From the NCBI GenBank assembly GCA_036268405.1, contig DATAUF010000130.1, positions 5,884 to 69,883 on the forward strand: 64,000 nucleotides of DNA, given 5' to 3'. Below the pieces are notes generated by a model. That model did not search any database, was not told the origin of the DNA, and saw only the letters and a list, made by a program, of their open reading frames with translations. Position 1 is the first letter of the stretch, and each line of letters opens with the position of its first letter. Below, one piece after another: positions 31,826 through 42,405 of the stretch. Source of the DNA: Mycobacteriales bacterium. Lineage in GTDB: Bacteria > Actinomycetota > Actinomycetes > JAFAQI01. The position numbers and the translations under genes are program-made.

Positions 31826-32749
31826 TCAGGAGGCCGGCTCGGCCGGCGGCTCTGCCGCGGATGACTCAGCCTCCGCCGTGGGAGCCTCAGCCACAGCCTC
31901 AGCCGCCGGAACCTCGGCTTCCGCCGGGGCCTCGGCCGGCGGGGCTTGCACTGCCGCGGCTTCCGCGGGAGCGCCTTCGAGCAGCTCTCGCTCCCAGTCG
32001 GCCAGCGGCTCGTCAGCACCGAGCGCACCCGGCTCGGGGCTTTCGTCCGCCTCGGCGGCGCCGGCACGGGCGATCAGGCCCTCCGCGACGGCGTCGGCGA
32101 TGACTCGCGTAAGGGTCGCTACCGAGCGGATCGCGTCGTCGTTGCCCGGAATCGGGTAGTCGACGACGTCGGGGTCACAGTTGCTGTCGAGGATGGCAAC
32201 GACCGGGATGCCCAGCTTGCGGGCCTCGGCGACCGCGATGTGCTCCTTGTTGGTGTCGACCACCCATACCGCGCTCGGCGTCTTGGCCATGTCGCGGATG
32301 CCGCCGAGCGTGCGGGCGAGCTTCTCACGCTCGCGGGACAACACGAGGGCTTCCTTCTTGGTGGTGACGTTTGCCCCACCGGTCGCCTCGATGACCTCGA
32401 GCTCCTTGAGGCGCTGCAGCCGCTTGTGCACGGTCTGGAAGTTGGTGAGCATCCCGCCGAGCCAGCGCTGGTTGACGTATGGCATGCCGACGCGGGTTGC
32501 CTGCTCGGCGATCGCGTCCTGGCCCTGCTTCTTCGTCCCGATGAACAGGACGGTGCCGCCGTGGGCGACGGTCTGCTTGATGAAGTCGTACGCGCGGTCG
32601 ATGTAGGACAGCGACTGCTGCAGATCGATGATGTAGATGCCGTTGCGCTCGGTGAAGATGAATCGCTTCATCTTCGGGTTCCAACGACGGGTCTGATGCC
32701 CGAAGTGGACGCCGCTCTCGAGCAGCTGGCGCATCGTGACGACGGCCAT
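31826..32749 (-). CDS. rpsB: 30S ribosomal protein S2 with acidic Ala/Glu/Pro-rich C-terminal tail
   Basis: [27 protein letters not shown] is a canonical S2 start. Confidence 0.95.
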   Translation of the reverse strand: MAVVTMRQLLESGVHFGHQTRRWNPKMKRFIFTERNGIYIIDLQQSLSYIDRAYDFIKQTVAHGGTVLFIGTKKQGQDAIAEQATRVGMPYVNQRWLGGMLTNFQTVHKRLQRLKELEVIEATGGANVTTKKEALVLSREREKLARTLGGIRDMAKTPSAVWVVDTNKEHIAVAEARKLGIPVVAILDSNCDPDVVDYPIPGNDDAIRSVATLTRVIADAVAEGLIARAGAAEADESPEPGALGADEPLADWERELLEGAPAEAAAVQAPPAEAPAEAEVPAAEAVAEAPTAEAESSAAEPPAEPAS

Positions 32750-33014
32750 GGGTGGTTTCCTCTCGGTTCTCTCGCGACGACCGGTTGGTCGCCACGCCTG
32801 ACTCCGTCGACGTGCCGAACCCCTGTGTCCAAATCAACCCAAGGGACCGTACGGCGCGTCCCGCGCTGTCGAGCAGTGCGGTCTGACGGCGTGCGAAGTC
32901 GGCCCGCTTCCGCGAACCGCTTCGGCCAGTCTACGTCGGTTACCGGGCCCGCGTCGTCCACAGCCGGGCACGCTCAGCTGGCCGGGCCACTGCGCCCGAC
33001 GCAGGCTGCTCGCT

Positions 33015-33524
33015 GTGATCCGTACGTCGCTCGTCATCAGCTCGCTGGCGCTCGCCACCTTCGGTGGCACAGCGCCTGCGTCACAGGTCGTCCACGCCGC
33101 GCCCGTCGCGGGCTTCAGCTGGCCGCTGCAACCCGGTCCGGACACCATCGTGTCCGATTTCGACCCGCCGCAGCGGCCGTGGCTGGCCGGCAACCGAGGC
33201 GTCGACCTCGCGGGCGTGGCGGGAGAGGCGGTGCATGCATCCGGAGCCGGAATCGTGAGCTTCGCCGGAAGGGTCGCCGGTGTGGGCGTCGTGTCGATCA
33301 CCTCGGGCGCACTCCGCACCACGTACGAGCCGCTGCAGGTCACCATCCACCAGGGCGAGCAAGTCCTCGCCGGTGCGTTGATCGGCCGGCTGAGTCTCGC
33401 CGGCTCTCACTGCGTGCCGCGCGCCTGCCTGCACTGGGGACTGCTGCGAGGGACTGACTACCTGGATCCGCTCGCCCTGCTCGGTCTTGAGCACGTGCGG
33501 CTGCTGCCGCTGGACGCCCTGTAG
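33015..33524 (+). CDS. M23 family metallopeptidase (secreted)
   Basis: Signal peptide plus NRGVDLAG...HASGAGIV...CLHWGLLRGTDYLDP motifs. Confidence 0.8.
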   Translation: MIRTSLVISSLALATFGGTAPASQVVHAAPVAGFSWPLQPGPDTIVSDFDPPQRPWLAGNRGVDLAGVAGEAVHASGAGIVSFAGRVAGVGVVSITSGALRTTYEPLQVTIHQGEQVLAGALIGRLSLAGSHCVPRACLHWGLLRGTDYLDPLALLGLEHVRLLPLDAL

Positions 33525-33531
33525 TCCTTGG

Positions 33532-34368
33532 CTAGTCCTTCGGTTCTGCGAGCTTTCCGCGCAGCTGGAGCACCGCCTTGGTGTGCATCTGGCAGATCCG
33601 GCTCTCTGTGACGCCGAGGACCTGGCCGATCTCGGCGAGGGTGAGGCCTTCGTAGTAGTAGAGGGTGACGACGATCTTCTCTCGCTCCGGCAGCGTGTTG
33701 ATCGCCCGCGCCAGGAGGTATTTCGTCTCCTCGGTCTCGAATACCGCGACCGGGTCCTCGGCCTTGGTGTCCTCGAGGGTGTCGACCAGGGAGAGCTTGT
33801 CGCCTCGCTCGCCGCCGACGTTGAGGAGCTCGTCGAGGGCGATCACGTTGACAAACGACACCTGCGAGAAGATCGCGTGCAGCTCTTCCAGCGCGATGCC
33901 CAGCTCCCCTGCGACCTCGGTCTCGCTCGGCGTGCGGTGCAGTCGCGACTCCAGAGCGGCATAGGCCTTCTCCACCTCGCGAGCCTTGTAGCGCACCGAA
34001 CGCGGGATCCAGTCGATCGCACGGAGCTCATCGATGATCGCGCCCTTGATACGGCTGATCGCATAGGTCTCGAACTTGATCGCCCGGCTGATGTCGAACT
34101 TCTCGATCGCGTCGATCAGCCCGAAGATGCCGTACGAGACGAGGTCGGCCTGCTCGATATTCGGTGGCAGCCCTACGCCGACCCGGCCTGCGACGTACTT
34201 GACGAGTGGGGAGTAGTGCAGGATCAGCCGCTCGCGCAGCGGCTGATCGCCGGTGTCCTTGAAGCTGCGCCAGAGGGCAGCGAGCGCCGCGTCGACAGCA
34301 GCCGGATCCGGCTTCTGCTCGTCGTCCTCGAGCGCGACCTTGTCACGCTCTGGGGTGCGCGGACTCAT
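33532..34368 (-). CDS. whiG: FliA/WhiG-family RNA polymerase sigma factor
   Basis: Sigma-70 regions 2-4, including the region 4.2 [27 protein letters not shown]. The ATG overlaps the xerC 3' end by 26 nt. Confidence 0.8.
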   Translation of the reverse strand: MSPRTPERDKVALEDDEQKPDPAAVDAALAALWRSFKDTGDQPLRERLILHYSPLVKYVAGRVGVGLPPNIEQADLVSYGIFGLIDAIEKFDISRAIKFETYAISRIKGAIIDELRAIDWIPRSVRYKAREVEKAYAALESRLHRTPSETEVAGELGIALEELHAIFSQVSFVNVIALDELLNVGGERGDKLSLVDTLEDTKAEDPVAVFETEETKYLLARAINTLPEREKIVVTLYYYEGLTLAEIGQVLGVTESRICQMHTKAVLQLRGKLAEPKD

Positions 34369-35284
34369 ACGTCCTTCTCAGCCGGTCAATAGACACATGG
34401 GTGTAGATCTGAGTCGTTGCGAGCGTAGCGTGACCGAGCAGTTCCTGAACGCTTCTGAGGTCCGCGCCGCCCTCCAAAAGATGTGTCGCCGCGGTGTGAC
34501 GCAGCCCATGCGGGCCGAGGTCACCGGTACCCGGCACCGCGGCAACCCGCTCATGGACCACTCTTCGCGCCGCCCGAGGGTCGAGTCGCCCGCCACGGGC
34601 GCCGAGCAGCAGCGCCGGCGGGCTGTCCGGCACCGCGAGGGCCGGACGCCCGGTTGCCAGCCAGGCTGAGGTCGCCCGTGCCGCCGGGACCCCAAGCGGC
34701 ACCACGCGTTCCTTCGCGCCCTTTCCGAACAGCCGGACGGTACGGCGCTCGCCATCGAGATCATCGACGTCGAGGCCGCACAGCTCGCTGACACGGGCGC
34801 CCGTCGCATACAACAGCTCGACGATCGCGGCATCCCGCAGCCCGGTCGCCGACCGGTCGACGGCTGCCTCCTTCATCACAGCGGCCGCCTGGTCGACTCG
34901 CAGCACCTCAGGGAGCCGCCGCTCCGCGCGCGGCGAGGCAAGCCGCGCACCGGCATCCTCCTCGGCAAGCCCGTCGCGCACGGCCCAGGCCGTGAACATT
35001 CGCGCCGCGGATGCCCGCCGCGCCAGCGTGGCGCGGCTCGCGCCCATGGAACGGAGCTTCGCCAGCCACGACCGCAGGACGGTCAGGTCGATCCCGTCGA
35101 CGCGGTCGCGTTCGAGGCGGGCGGCATGAACGAGCAGGCTCTCAAGGTCCGTGGCGTAGGCCCGGACCGTATGCGCGGACAGCCCGCGCTCGAACTCCAG
35201 GTGCTCGAGGTAGCGGCTGCGGGCGTCAGCCAGCGCGCCCGGCACCTCGAGCAGCTCGTTCGGCGGTGTCGACATCGGCCCCAA
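34343..35284 (-). CDS. xerC: Tyrosine recombinase XerC
   Basis: [12 protein letters not shown] and [13 protein letters not shown] catalytic motifs in the conserved dprA-xerC context. Confidence 0.88.
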   Translation of the reverse strand: MGPMSTPPNELLEVPGALADARSRYLEHLEFERGLSAHTVRAYATDLESLLVHAARLERDRVDGIDLTVLRSWLAKLRSMGASRATLARRASAARMFTAWAVRDGLAEEDAGARLASPRAERRLPEVLRVDQAAAVMKEAAVDRSATGLRDAAIVELLYATGARVSELCGLDVDDLDGERRTVRLFGKGAKERVVPLGVPAARATSAWLATGRPALAVPDSPPALLLGARGGRLDPRAARRVVHERVAAVPGTGDLGPHGLRHTAATHLLEGGADLRSVQELLGHATLATTQIYTHVSIDRLRRTYESAHPRA

Positions 35285-35351
35285 CGCTCGGTCCGAGCAA
35301 CGCCGACGTCAAGTCGCCACGCTCATTCAGGCTCTGCCCACGCCCCCGGTC

Positions 35352-36545
35352 TCACCACCAACCGAGTGGCAGCTCCCCCGTGCCATCCCCGACATCCGCG
35401 AATCGCTCGTCACGACCCAGCGAGGTCATGTGCCAGCCCTGCTCGCCCTCGGAGACCAGATCGGCGGCAGCAAGCGCCGCGAGCGCAGCCGCGACCGCCT
35501 CGACCCGCAGGCCGGCGGTGACCGCGATCCGTCCCAGCGGCGCGGGTCGATACACGGGCACCGCCTCAAAGACGCGGCTGACCACCGGCCCGAGCAGATC
35601 CCGTCGACGCACCGGACCGCTCACCCGCTCCGCGAACTGGCCAAGCGGCCCTACCTGCTCGATCACCTCGTCGGCCTTCGTGACGAGCACGGTGTCCGGG
35701 CGGTCGCGCAGCAGCTGATGGCACCCGGCAGAAGTAATAGAGCTCACCGGCCCCGGTACCGCCATGACATGACGGAACAGCTCCGCCGCATGGCGTGCGG
35801 TCGAGCGGGCGCCGCTGCGCGGCGCGGCCTCGACGACCACCGTTCCTGATGAGAGTGCGGCGATCAGCCGGTTGCGCACCAGGAACCGGTGCCGATGCGG
35901 CGCACTGCCGAGCGGGTGCTCGCTGACCACGGCGCCGGTCTCGGCGCAGGCATCTCCTAGCTCGCGGTGGGCCCTCGGGTAAGGGACGTCGACCCCACAT
36001 GCGAGGACCGCCACCGTGGCTCCGCCGGCGGCCAGAGCACCCCGGTGTGCCGCTGCGTCGATCCCGAGGGCGAGCCCGGACACGACGGTCCAGCCTTGCT
36101 CAGAAAGACCGATCGCGAGCGACCGTGCCACCCCGGCGCCGTAGTCGGTGGCAACTCGGGTGCCGACGATCGCCACCGCCCGGTCACAGAGCTCGGCGAG
36201 CGACGAGCCGCCGCGTACCCAGATCGCGATGCAGTCCGCCCCGATGCAAGCCAGGTCATCGAGACCGATCGGCCACTCCTCCTCACCCGGACAGACCAGG
36301 CGCACCGCCATCGCGGCAGCCGCGGCGATCTCCCGCTCGCCATCGACACCCGCTATCCGGGCGGCACATGCCGCCACATCGACGTCGCCGAGTCGCGCGC
36401 CGCGCCTGATGTCCGCGACCGCCTGCTCCGCTCCGACCTCCCGGATGTGTCTCAGCAAGGAGACGCTCCCGGGCTCTGCCGCCCGCAGCAGCAACGCGCG
36501 TGCGGCACGCTCGGAGTCCGACGCGGACCCTGATCCGCCGCTCAT
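35352..36545 (-). CDS. dprA: DNA-processing protein DprA (Smf)
   Basis: ATG 36545 (ATGA overlap with the upstream stop). Rossmann-like DprA core (IVSGLALGIDAAAHRGAL). Confidence 0.85.
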   Translation of the reverse strand: MSGGSGSASDSERAARALLLRAAEPGSVSLLRHIREVGAEQAVADIRRGARLGDVDVAACAARIAGVDGEREIAAAAAMAVRLVCPGEEEWPIGLDDLACIGADCIAIWVRGGSSLAELCDRAVAIVGTRVATDYGAGVARSLAIGLSEQGWTVVSGLALGIDAAAHRGALAAGGATVAVLACGVDVPYPRAHRELGDACAETGAVVSEHPLGSAPHRHRFLVRNRLIAALSSGTVVVEAAPRSGARSTARHAAELFRHVMAVPGPVSSITSAGCHQLLRDRPDTVLVTKADEVIEQVGPLGQFAERVSGPVRRRDLLGPVVSRVFEAVPVYRPAPLGRIAVTAGLRVEAVAAALAALAAADLVSEGEQGWHMTSLGRDERFADVGDGTGELPLGWW

Positions 36546-38089
36546 GCGCTTCTCGCTAGCTCGGTGCTCTCGCCCACGACGCGAAGCGAGATCGCCCGGT
36601 CGACGTCCTCCCGCACCGGGATGTCTCGACCCGCGAGATCGGCAAGCGTCCACGCCACCTTCATGACGCGGTCCAGCCCGCGCGTCGACAGCGAGCCGCG
36701 GTCGAGGTCCGCCGACAGAGGTCGCAACGCCTCCTGGGGGATCGGCCATCGGCGACGAAGGTCTGGGCCCGGCACTTCGGCATTGGTGGTCCACGGCGTT
36801 CCCGCGAGCCTTCGGACGGTGCGGTCGCGCGCGGCAAGCACTCGCTCGCGCACCGCCGCGGTCGGCTCACCGGACGCACCGGCCGACAGCACCGCGCGGC
36901 TGACCGGTGCAAGGCGCGCCCGCAAGTCGATGCGGTCCATCAGCGGTCCGGACAGCCGATTGCGATATGAGCGCAGCTGGGTCGAGCTGCACCGGCAGGA
37001 GGACGCATCAGTGGAGCGGCCTCCTCGGGCGCAGGGACAGGGATTCGCGGCAAGGACCAGCTGAAACCTCGCGGGATACGTCGCCGTTCCGCCTGCACGA
37101 TGGATGCTCACCGACCCTGACTCGAGCGGTTGCCTGAGCGCATCGAGCGCCCGACGATCGAACTCGGTCGCCTCATCGAGGAACAGGACTCCGCGGTGAG
37201 CCAGCGAGATCGTCCCCGGTGTCGGGATTCCGGTTCCGCCGCCGACCAGGGCGGCAACGGTCGCCGAGTGGTGCGGCGAGCAGAAGGGTGGCCGGCTCAA
37301 CAAGGGCCTTCCCGCGGCCAGTCGCCCGAGCAAGGAGTGGATCGAGGTGACCTCGAGCGCCTCGTCGCCGACGAGATCCGGCAGCAGACCGGGCAGCCGC
37401 TCGGCGAGCATCGTCTTGCCGACCCCGGGCGGTCCGGTCAGCAACACGTGGTGGCCACCGGCAGCGGCGACCTCGACGGCATGGCGCGCTTCGTCCTGGC
37501 CCACGACGTCTGCAAGATCGAGCGGTTGCTCCGCCGGCACCGGCAGCCTCACCGGATCGTCGTCGAGCTCGACGGGCTCGCCGCGCAACCAGGCACAGAG
37601 CTCCGCAAGGGAGCGCACCGCGAACACCTCGATGCCGGGGACGAGGTTCGCCTCGCGCGCATTTCCGTGCGGAACGACGACCCGCGCATGTCCGAGACGG
37701 GCGGCGCCGATCACTGCCGGCAGGACGCCGGTCACCGGATGGACCCGGCCGTCGAGCCCGAGCTCGCCGAGGACCACCAGGTCGCGGACCGCCAGCGGAT
37801 CTAACGCACGCTGTGCGGCGAGGACCGCGATCGCGACCGAAAGATCGAAGTGACTACCGCTCTTTCGCAGTGAGGCCGGAAGCAGGCCAACAGTGATCTT
37901 GGAGGTGGGCCACGGCTCGTGGCTGCTCGTGATCGCCGATCTGACCCGCTCGCCCGACTCCCGGACTGCGGTGTCCGGCAGGCCGGTCCACACCGTCCCC
38001 GGCAAGCCGTCCCTGACGTTGGCCTCGACAGTGACGACGTGGGCGGTCAGCCCGCTCAACACGATCGAACGCGTGCACCCGAGGCTCAT
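36542..38089 (-). CDS. comM: YifB/ComM family Mg-chelatase-like AAA+ ATPase
   Basis: GPPGVGKTMLA Walker A, Lon-like N-domain, 515 aa. Confidence 0.88.
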   Translation of the reverse strand: MSLGCTRSIVLSGLTAHVVTVEANVRDGLPGTVWTGLPDTAVRESGERVRSAITSSHEPWPTSKITVGLLPASLRKSGSHFDLSVAIAVLAAQRALDPLAVRDLVVLGELGLDGRVHPVTGVLPAVIGAARLGHARVVVPHGNAREANLVPGIEVFAVRSLAELCAWLRGEPVELDDDPVRLPVPAEQPLDLADVVGQDEARHAVEVAAAGGHHVLLTGPPGVGKTMLAERLPGLLPDLVGDEALEVTSIHSLLGRLAAGRPLLSRPPFCSPHHSATVAALVGGGTGIPTPGTISLAHRGVLFLDEATEFDRRALDALRQPLESGSVSIHRAGGTATYPARFQLVLAANPCPCARGGRSTDASSCRCSSTQLRSYRNRLSGPLMDRIDLRARLAPVSRAVLSAGASGEPTAAVRERVLAARDRTVRRLAGTPWTTNAEVPGPDLRRRWPIPQEALRPLSADLDRGSLSTRGLDRVMKVAWTLADLAGRDIPVREDVDRAISLRVVGESTELARSA

Positions 38090-38442
38090 CAGAACGCCGC
38101 CCTTACGTGCTGGAGCTCCGGTCGGGCGTTTTTGGGCATGACGATGCTGATGACGTCGAATCGAATCGGGCCGCGATGGGGGCGCTCACGCAACCAGCAC
38201 ATCGCGAGGGTCTTCAGCTTCTCCGACTTGCGCCAGGTGACCGCCTCGAGCGGGAGGCCATAGGCAGTTGAGGTCCTTGTCTTCACTTCGACGACGACGA
38301 GGGTGTTGCCGTCCATCGCGAGGATGTCGACCTCGCCCTCAGGGCAGCGCCAGTTGCGCGTCACGATCGTGAAGCCGGCTCCGACGAGATAGCGCACGGC
38401 GTAGTCCTCGCCGGCAATGCCAAGCTGATCTTTCGTATGCAT
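38089..38442 (-). CDS. yraN: YraN family (UPF0102) endonuclease-like protein
   Basis: 117 aa with GEDYAVRYL...GEVDILA motif. Confidence 0.8.
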   Translation of the reverse strand: MHTKDQLGIAGEDYAVRYLVGAGFTIVTRNWRCPEGEVDILAMDGNTLVVVEVKTRTSTAYGLPLEAVTWRKSEKLKTLAMCWLRERPHRGPIRFDVISIVMPKNARPELQHVRAAF

Positions 38443-38529
38443 CCGGCCAGGCTGGGATCGTGCGCCGACGGGATGCGGTGTCGCGGCTACCGCCTGTGGA
38501 CCAGGCGGTCGGGTGTCGCGGTTTGGGGA

Positions 38530-38841
38530 CTACCGCTCTTCAGGAACTTCGAGATCCGCGGGTGGAAGCTCCTCGATGTTGACGTCCTTGAATGTCAGCA
38601 CTCGTACGTTCTTCACGAACCTCGCCGGCCGGTACATGTCCCAGACCCACGCGTCGTTCATGACGGCCTCGAAATAGGTCTCGCCGGCATCGGTGTGCTG
38701 GATCACCTGAACATCGTTGGTGAGGTAGAAGCGCCGCTCCGTCTCGACGACGAACCTGAACAGCCGGACCACGTCTCGGTACTCGCGATAGAGCTGAAGC
38801 TCCATATCGGTTTCATACTTCTCGAGGTCCTCGGCGCTCAC
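38530..38841 (-). CDS. DUF2469 domain protein
   Basis: SAEDLEKYETDMELQLYREYRDVV is the conserved actinobacterial DUF2469 start. GTG 38841 is preferred (GTGA overlap with the rnhB stop); the track start is 38850. Confidence 0.8.
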   Translation of the reverse strand: MSAEDLEKYETDMELQLYREYRDVVRLFRFVVETERRFYLTNDVQVIQHTDAGETYFEAVMNDAWVWDMYRPARFVKNVRVLTFKDVNIEELPPADLEVPEER

Positions 38842-39545
38842 GACACCCATTCTTCCTGATCGAGTGCGGTTGCAGCATCCACCAGGTCAGCGGTCCCGAA
38901 GCTGAGTTCTACATTGCGAACGTTGACGTATGACCGGCGATGCTCCGGGCACGGCCCGTGTGCGGCGAGCGCCGTCTGATGTTCGGGGGTGACGTAGCCC
39001 TTGTGGCTGGCGAAGTCATAGACCGGCCACTCAGCATGCAACCCAGTCATCATCCGGTCTCGCGTGACCTTCGCGAGCACTGAGGCGGCCGCGATGCAGG
39101 CAGCAACCCGATCGCCCTTCCACACCGCGAGCCCGGGAACGTCGAGCCCTGGGACCGGGAAGCCGTCGGTGAGCACATAGCCGGGCCGCAACGGCAGGGA
39201 CGCGAGCGCGCGCCGCATCCCCATGACGTTGCTGACGTGCAAGCCCACCCGGTCGACCTCGGCAGCCGGAATCACCACCACGGAGTACGCCGCCGCACGG
39301 CGGACGACCTGGGCATAGACCCGGTCCCGCGCCAAGGGCGTCAGCAGCTTGGAGTCCGCGAGGCCGGGAATCTCGCCACCCTTGCCGGGCTTGAGCACCG
39401 CGGCGGCAACGACCAGCGGGCCGGCGCATGCCCCGCGGCCGGCTTCGTCCGCCCCGGCAACAGGCGTCAGCCCGCGGCGGGCAAGGGCGCGCTCGTAGCC
39501 GTAGATCCCGGCATCACGCCGTACGGTCAGTCCCGGAGCACCCAT
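38838..39545 (-). CDS. rnhB: Ribonuclease HII
   Basis: DEAGRGACAGPL active-site motif. Confidence 0.9.
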   Translation of the reverse strand: MGAPGLTVRRDAGIYGYERALARRGLTPVAGADEAGRGACAGPLVVAAAVLKPGKGGEIPGLADSKLLTPLARDRVYAQVVRRAAAYSVVVIPAAEVDRVGLHVSNVMGMRRALASLPLRPGYVLTDGFPVPGLDVPGLAVWKGDRVAACIAAASVLAKVTRDRMMTGLHAEWPVYDFASHKGYVTPEHQTALAAHGPCPEHRRSYVNVRNVELSFGTADLVDAATALDQEEWVS

Positions 39546-40455
39546 CGACAGCGAGCGTACGACTCCTCTTGCGTCGCCGACGGATCAACCCGACCGGTGC
39601 GACGAGGGCAGCACCTCCGACCACGGGGGTCAGCGGCGAGCCGGCGGCAGCGAGCCCGGCCTGCTTGAACGTCGACGGGATGGGCAGCGTCCGCCAGTCC
39701 GAGACCGGCCAGATCACCACGAAGGCGCGCCCGACAACGTCCTTCACAGGCACCGGCCCGTTGACCCGCGAGTCGTCGGAGTCGCCGCGGTGATCACCCA
39801 TGACGAACAGCTCGCCCTTGGGTACGACCTTCGACCTGTTGTCGAAGTTCGCGTCCGAGCAGGGCCGCGAGCCCGGGTATAGATACGGCTCGTGCAGTAC
39901 GTGTCCGTTGACCGACAGCACATCGTTCGTGCAGGACACGGTGTCGCCACCGATGCCGATCACCCGCTTGATGAAGTCGCTGCCGCCGGAGGGCGCAATG
40001 CCGATCGCCGACCCGATGCCGTGGAAGAACCGCAGAACCGGATTGCCCGGTGGGGAGTAGCTCGACTCGTTCGGCCAGCCCGGAGGCTTCTTGAACACCA
40101 CGATCTCGCCGCGGCGCGGAGACCGGAAGTCATAGACCAGCTTGTTCACGAGAACCCGGTCGAAGGGGTGACTGCCAGTGGCAGCCGAGTTGGTGAAGTC
40201 ACCGCCGCCCTGCAGCGTGTTCTCCATCGAGGCGGACGGGATGTAGAACGCCTGGACCAGGAAGGTCTTGATCAGCAGCGCGAGGACGAGCGCGATCAGG
40301 ACGAGAAATGGCAGCTCACGCCAGAACGAGCCGTGCTCGGAGCGGGTGCCCTCCTGCGGAGCCGAGTCAGCCGGGTCAGCAGCCGGGCTTTCGTCGGGTT
40401 CGACGGTCGGGTCAGACGCGATGGCAGCGTCGGACTCGACAGGAGGTTCGGTCAC
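39514..40455 (-). CDS. lepB: Signal peptidase I
   Basis: IPSASMENTL (Ser box) and GDHRGDSDDSR boxes, with one TM and an acidic N-terminal extension. Confidence 0.9.
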   Translation of the reverse strand: MTEPPVESDAAIASDPTVEPDESPAADPADSAPQEGTRSEHGSFWRELPFLVLIALVLALLIKTFLVQAFYIPSASMENTLQGGGDFTNSAATGSHPFDRVLVNKLVYDFRSPRRGEIVVFKKPPGWPNESSYSPPGNPVLRFFHGIGSAIGIAPSGGSDFIKRVIGIGGDTVSCTNDVLSVNGHVLHEPYLYPGSRPCSDANFDNRSKVVPKGELFVMGDHRGDSDDSRVNGPVPVKDVVGRAFVVIWPVSDWRTLPIPSTFKQAGLAAAGSPLTPVVGGAALVAPVGLIRRRRKRSRTLAVDGCSGTDRTA

Positions 40456-40478
40456 GAGGCGACGTTGAGAGCTTTCGC

Positions 40479-40838
40479 TCAGCTTGCCGGGTGAGCGTCG
40501 CGGCGCTCCTTGATCTTCGCCTTCTTGCCGCGAAGGTCACGCAGGTAGTACAGCTTCGCTCGCCGGACGTCACCCCGGGTGACGACCTCGAGATGATCGA
40601 CGATCGGCGAGTGCACCGGGAACGTCCGCTCGACTCCGACGCCGAAGCTCACCTTGCGAACGGTGAACGTCTCGCGCACCCCGCCACCGTGCCGGCGAAT
40701 GACCACGCCCTGGAACACCTGCACACGCGTCCGGTTGCCCTCGACGACCCGCACGTGCACCTTGACGGTGTCACCGGGGCGGAAAGCGGGGATGTCGCTG
40801 CGAAGCGAGGCGGCATCGATCGCGTCGAGCGTCTGCAT
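40479..40838 (-). CDS. rplS: 50S ribosomal protein L19
   Basis: [29 protein letters not shown] is canonical. Confidence 0.95.
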   Translation of the reverse strand: MQTLDAIDAASLRSDIPAFRPGDTVKVHVRVVEGNRTRVQVFQGVVIRRHGGGVRETFTVRKVSFGVGVERTFPVHSPIVDHLEVVTRGDVRRAKLYYLRDLRGKKAKIKERRDAHPAS

Positions 40839-40943
40839 GGTGGTCTCAGTTCCTCGTTCAGGGGGACGCGCGCGAACGGCGCGGTCGGTCAGGCGGTGCC
40901 ATCCACTGTGCCACAGGGACCGTGGCAGGCGTTAATGCGGCGT

Positions 40944-41648
40944 TCAGGCAAGCAGGTCTGGGCGGCGCTCTCGCGTCAGGCGCTCCGACTGCTCCTCACG
41001 CCATCGCGCCACCGCCTGGTGGTCACCTGAGCGCAGGATCTCGGGCACCTCCAGCTCGCGCCAGCTCGCCGGTCGCGTGTATGCGGGCGCCTCGAGGGAC
41101 CTGCCGGCGGAGAACGAGTCGTCGAGCGGCGACTCCGGGTTGCCCATGAATCCGGGCAGCAAGCGCACGACCGCCTCGACCAGCACGAGTGACGCGGCCT
41201 CGCCACCGGCCAGCACGTAGTCACCGATCGAGACCTCGGCGACGTCCATCCGTCGTGCGGCGTCCTGCGCGACGCGCGCGTCGATGCCCTCGTAGCGGCC
41301 GCAGCCGATGATCAGCCACGTCCGTTGCGACCATTCGCGGGCGACGACCTGGGTGAAGCGAGTGCCTGCCGGAGTAGGCAGCACCAGCAACGGCGTGCCC
41401 CCTTCTGCCGGCGGATCCACGACAAGCGCGTCCAGCGCCCGTCCCCAGGGCTCGGGACGCATCAGCATCCCCGGACCTCCGCCGTACGGCGAGTCATCAA
41501 CGGTCCGGTGCACATCGTCCGTGTGCTCGCGCAGATCGTGAACCCGAAGATCGACGTCGCCGCGCTCGTGCGCCTTGCCGAGCAGTGACACGGAAAGCGG
41601 TCCGAAGTAGTCCGGGAAGATCGTGACGATGTCGATGCGCATCGTCAT
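40944..41648 (-). CDS. trmD: tRNA (guanine37-N1)-methyltransferase
   Basis: MRIDIVTIFPDYF start, SIGDYVLAGGE motif. Confidence 0.93.
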   Translation of the reverse strand: MTMRIDIVTIFPDYFGPLSVSLLGKAHERGDVDLRVHDLREHTDDVHRTVDDSPYGGGPGMLMRPEPWGRALDALVVDPPAEGGTPLLVLPTPAGTRFTQVVAREWSQRTWLIIGCGRYEGIDARVAQDAARRMDVAEVSIGDYVLAGGEAASLVLVEAVVRLLPGFMGNPESPLDDSFSAGRSLEAPAYTRPASWRELEVPEILRSGDHQAVARWREEQSERLTRERRPDLLA

Positions 41649-42163
41649 TCGGTCCCGAGCTCGAGCAGGCCTTCGGGCGGATCGACCACCAGACGCCCCG
41701 CCGGCAGGTCCACCAACGGCACGATCTCCTCGACGAACGGGACGAGCGCATCGTCGCCGGCCTCTCGACGCACGACGAGGACGGCGGGTCCCGGTGGGTG
41801 CAGGACGTCGACGACGTCCCCGATGACGACGCCGGCACGATCTTCGACGCGCAGGCCGATCAGGTCGTGGTCCCAGTAGTCGTCGTCATTGCTCGCCGCG
41901 CGACTGGTCGCCGAGTCCGCGACGAGCAGCGTGCCCCGCAACACCTCGGCGGCGTTGCGGTCGTGCACGCCCTCGAAGCGGACGAGCAGCCGGCCAGAGT
42001 GCCATCGGGTGGTCTGCACTTTGAGCGGTCCACGCTCGGCGGGATCGGTGTCCAGCAAGACGCCGGAGGCGTAGCGATGGCCGGGATCGTCGGTGCGTAC
42101 GTCGACCGTGACCTCACCGGCAATGCCGTGAGCCTTCGCGATTCGCCCAACCACGAGCTGCAC
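41645..42163 (-). CDS. rimM: 16S rRNA processing protein RimM
   Basis: VVGRIAKAHGIAGEV start, in rpsP-KH-rimM-trmD order. Confidence 0.9.
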   Translation of the reverse strand: MQLVVGRIAKAHGIAGEVTVDVRTDDPGHRYASGVLLDTDPAERGPLKVQTTRWHSGRLLVRFEGVHDRNAAEVLRGTLLVADSATSRAASNDDDYWDHDLIGLRVEDRAGVVIGDVVDVLHPPGPAVLVVRREAGDDALVPFVEEIVPLVDLPAGRLVVDPPEGLLELGTE

Positions 42164-42177
42164 GGTGTTGAGAGCAG

Positions 42178-42402
42178 CTAGTCGACGAGATCGACGCGGA
42201 TGCCCTTGCCGCCGATCGCGGACATCACCGCGCGCAGCGCCTTCGCGGTGCGTCCGGCGCGGCCGATGACCTTGCCGAGGTCATCGGGATGCACCCGGAC
42301 CTCGAGGACCCGGCCGGTACGCCGCTCGCGCAAGTCGACCTGGACGTCATCCGGGTGGTCGACGATTCCTCGGACCAGGTGGTCGAGTGCCTCGGTGAGC
42401 AC
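42178..42402 (-). CDS. KH-domain RNA-binding protein (YlqC / Rv2908c-like)
   Basis: 74 aa with the GKVIGRAGRTAKALR KH motif. Confidence 0.85.
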   Translation of the reverse strand: MLTEALDHLVRGIVDHPDDVQVDLRERRTGRVLEVRVHPDDLGKVIGRAGRTAKALRAVMSAIGGKGIRVDLVD

Positions 42403-42405
42403 GTC

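Noticed and set aside
34343-35284. Tyrosine recombinase considered as a marker of an integrated mobile element or prophage.
   Set aside because: It sits in the conserved dprA-xerC housekeeping context and has XerC-type motifs. No att-like repeats, tRNA target, phage or transposase genes, or compositional break flank it.
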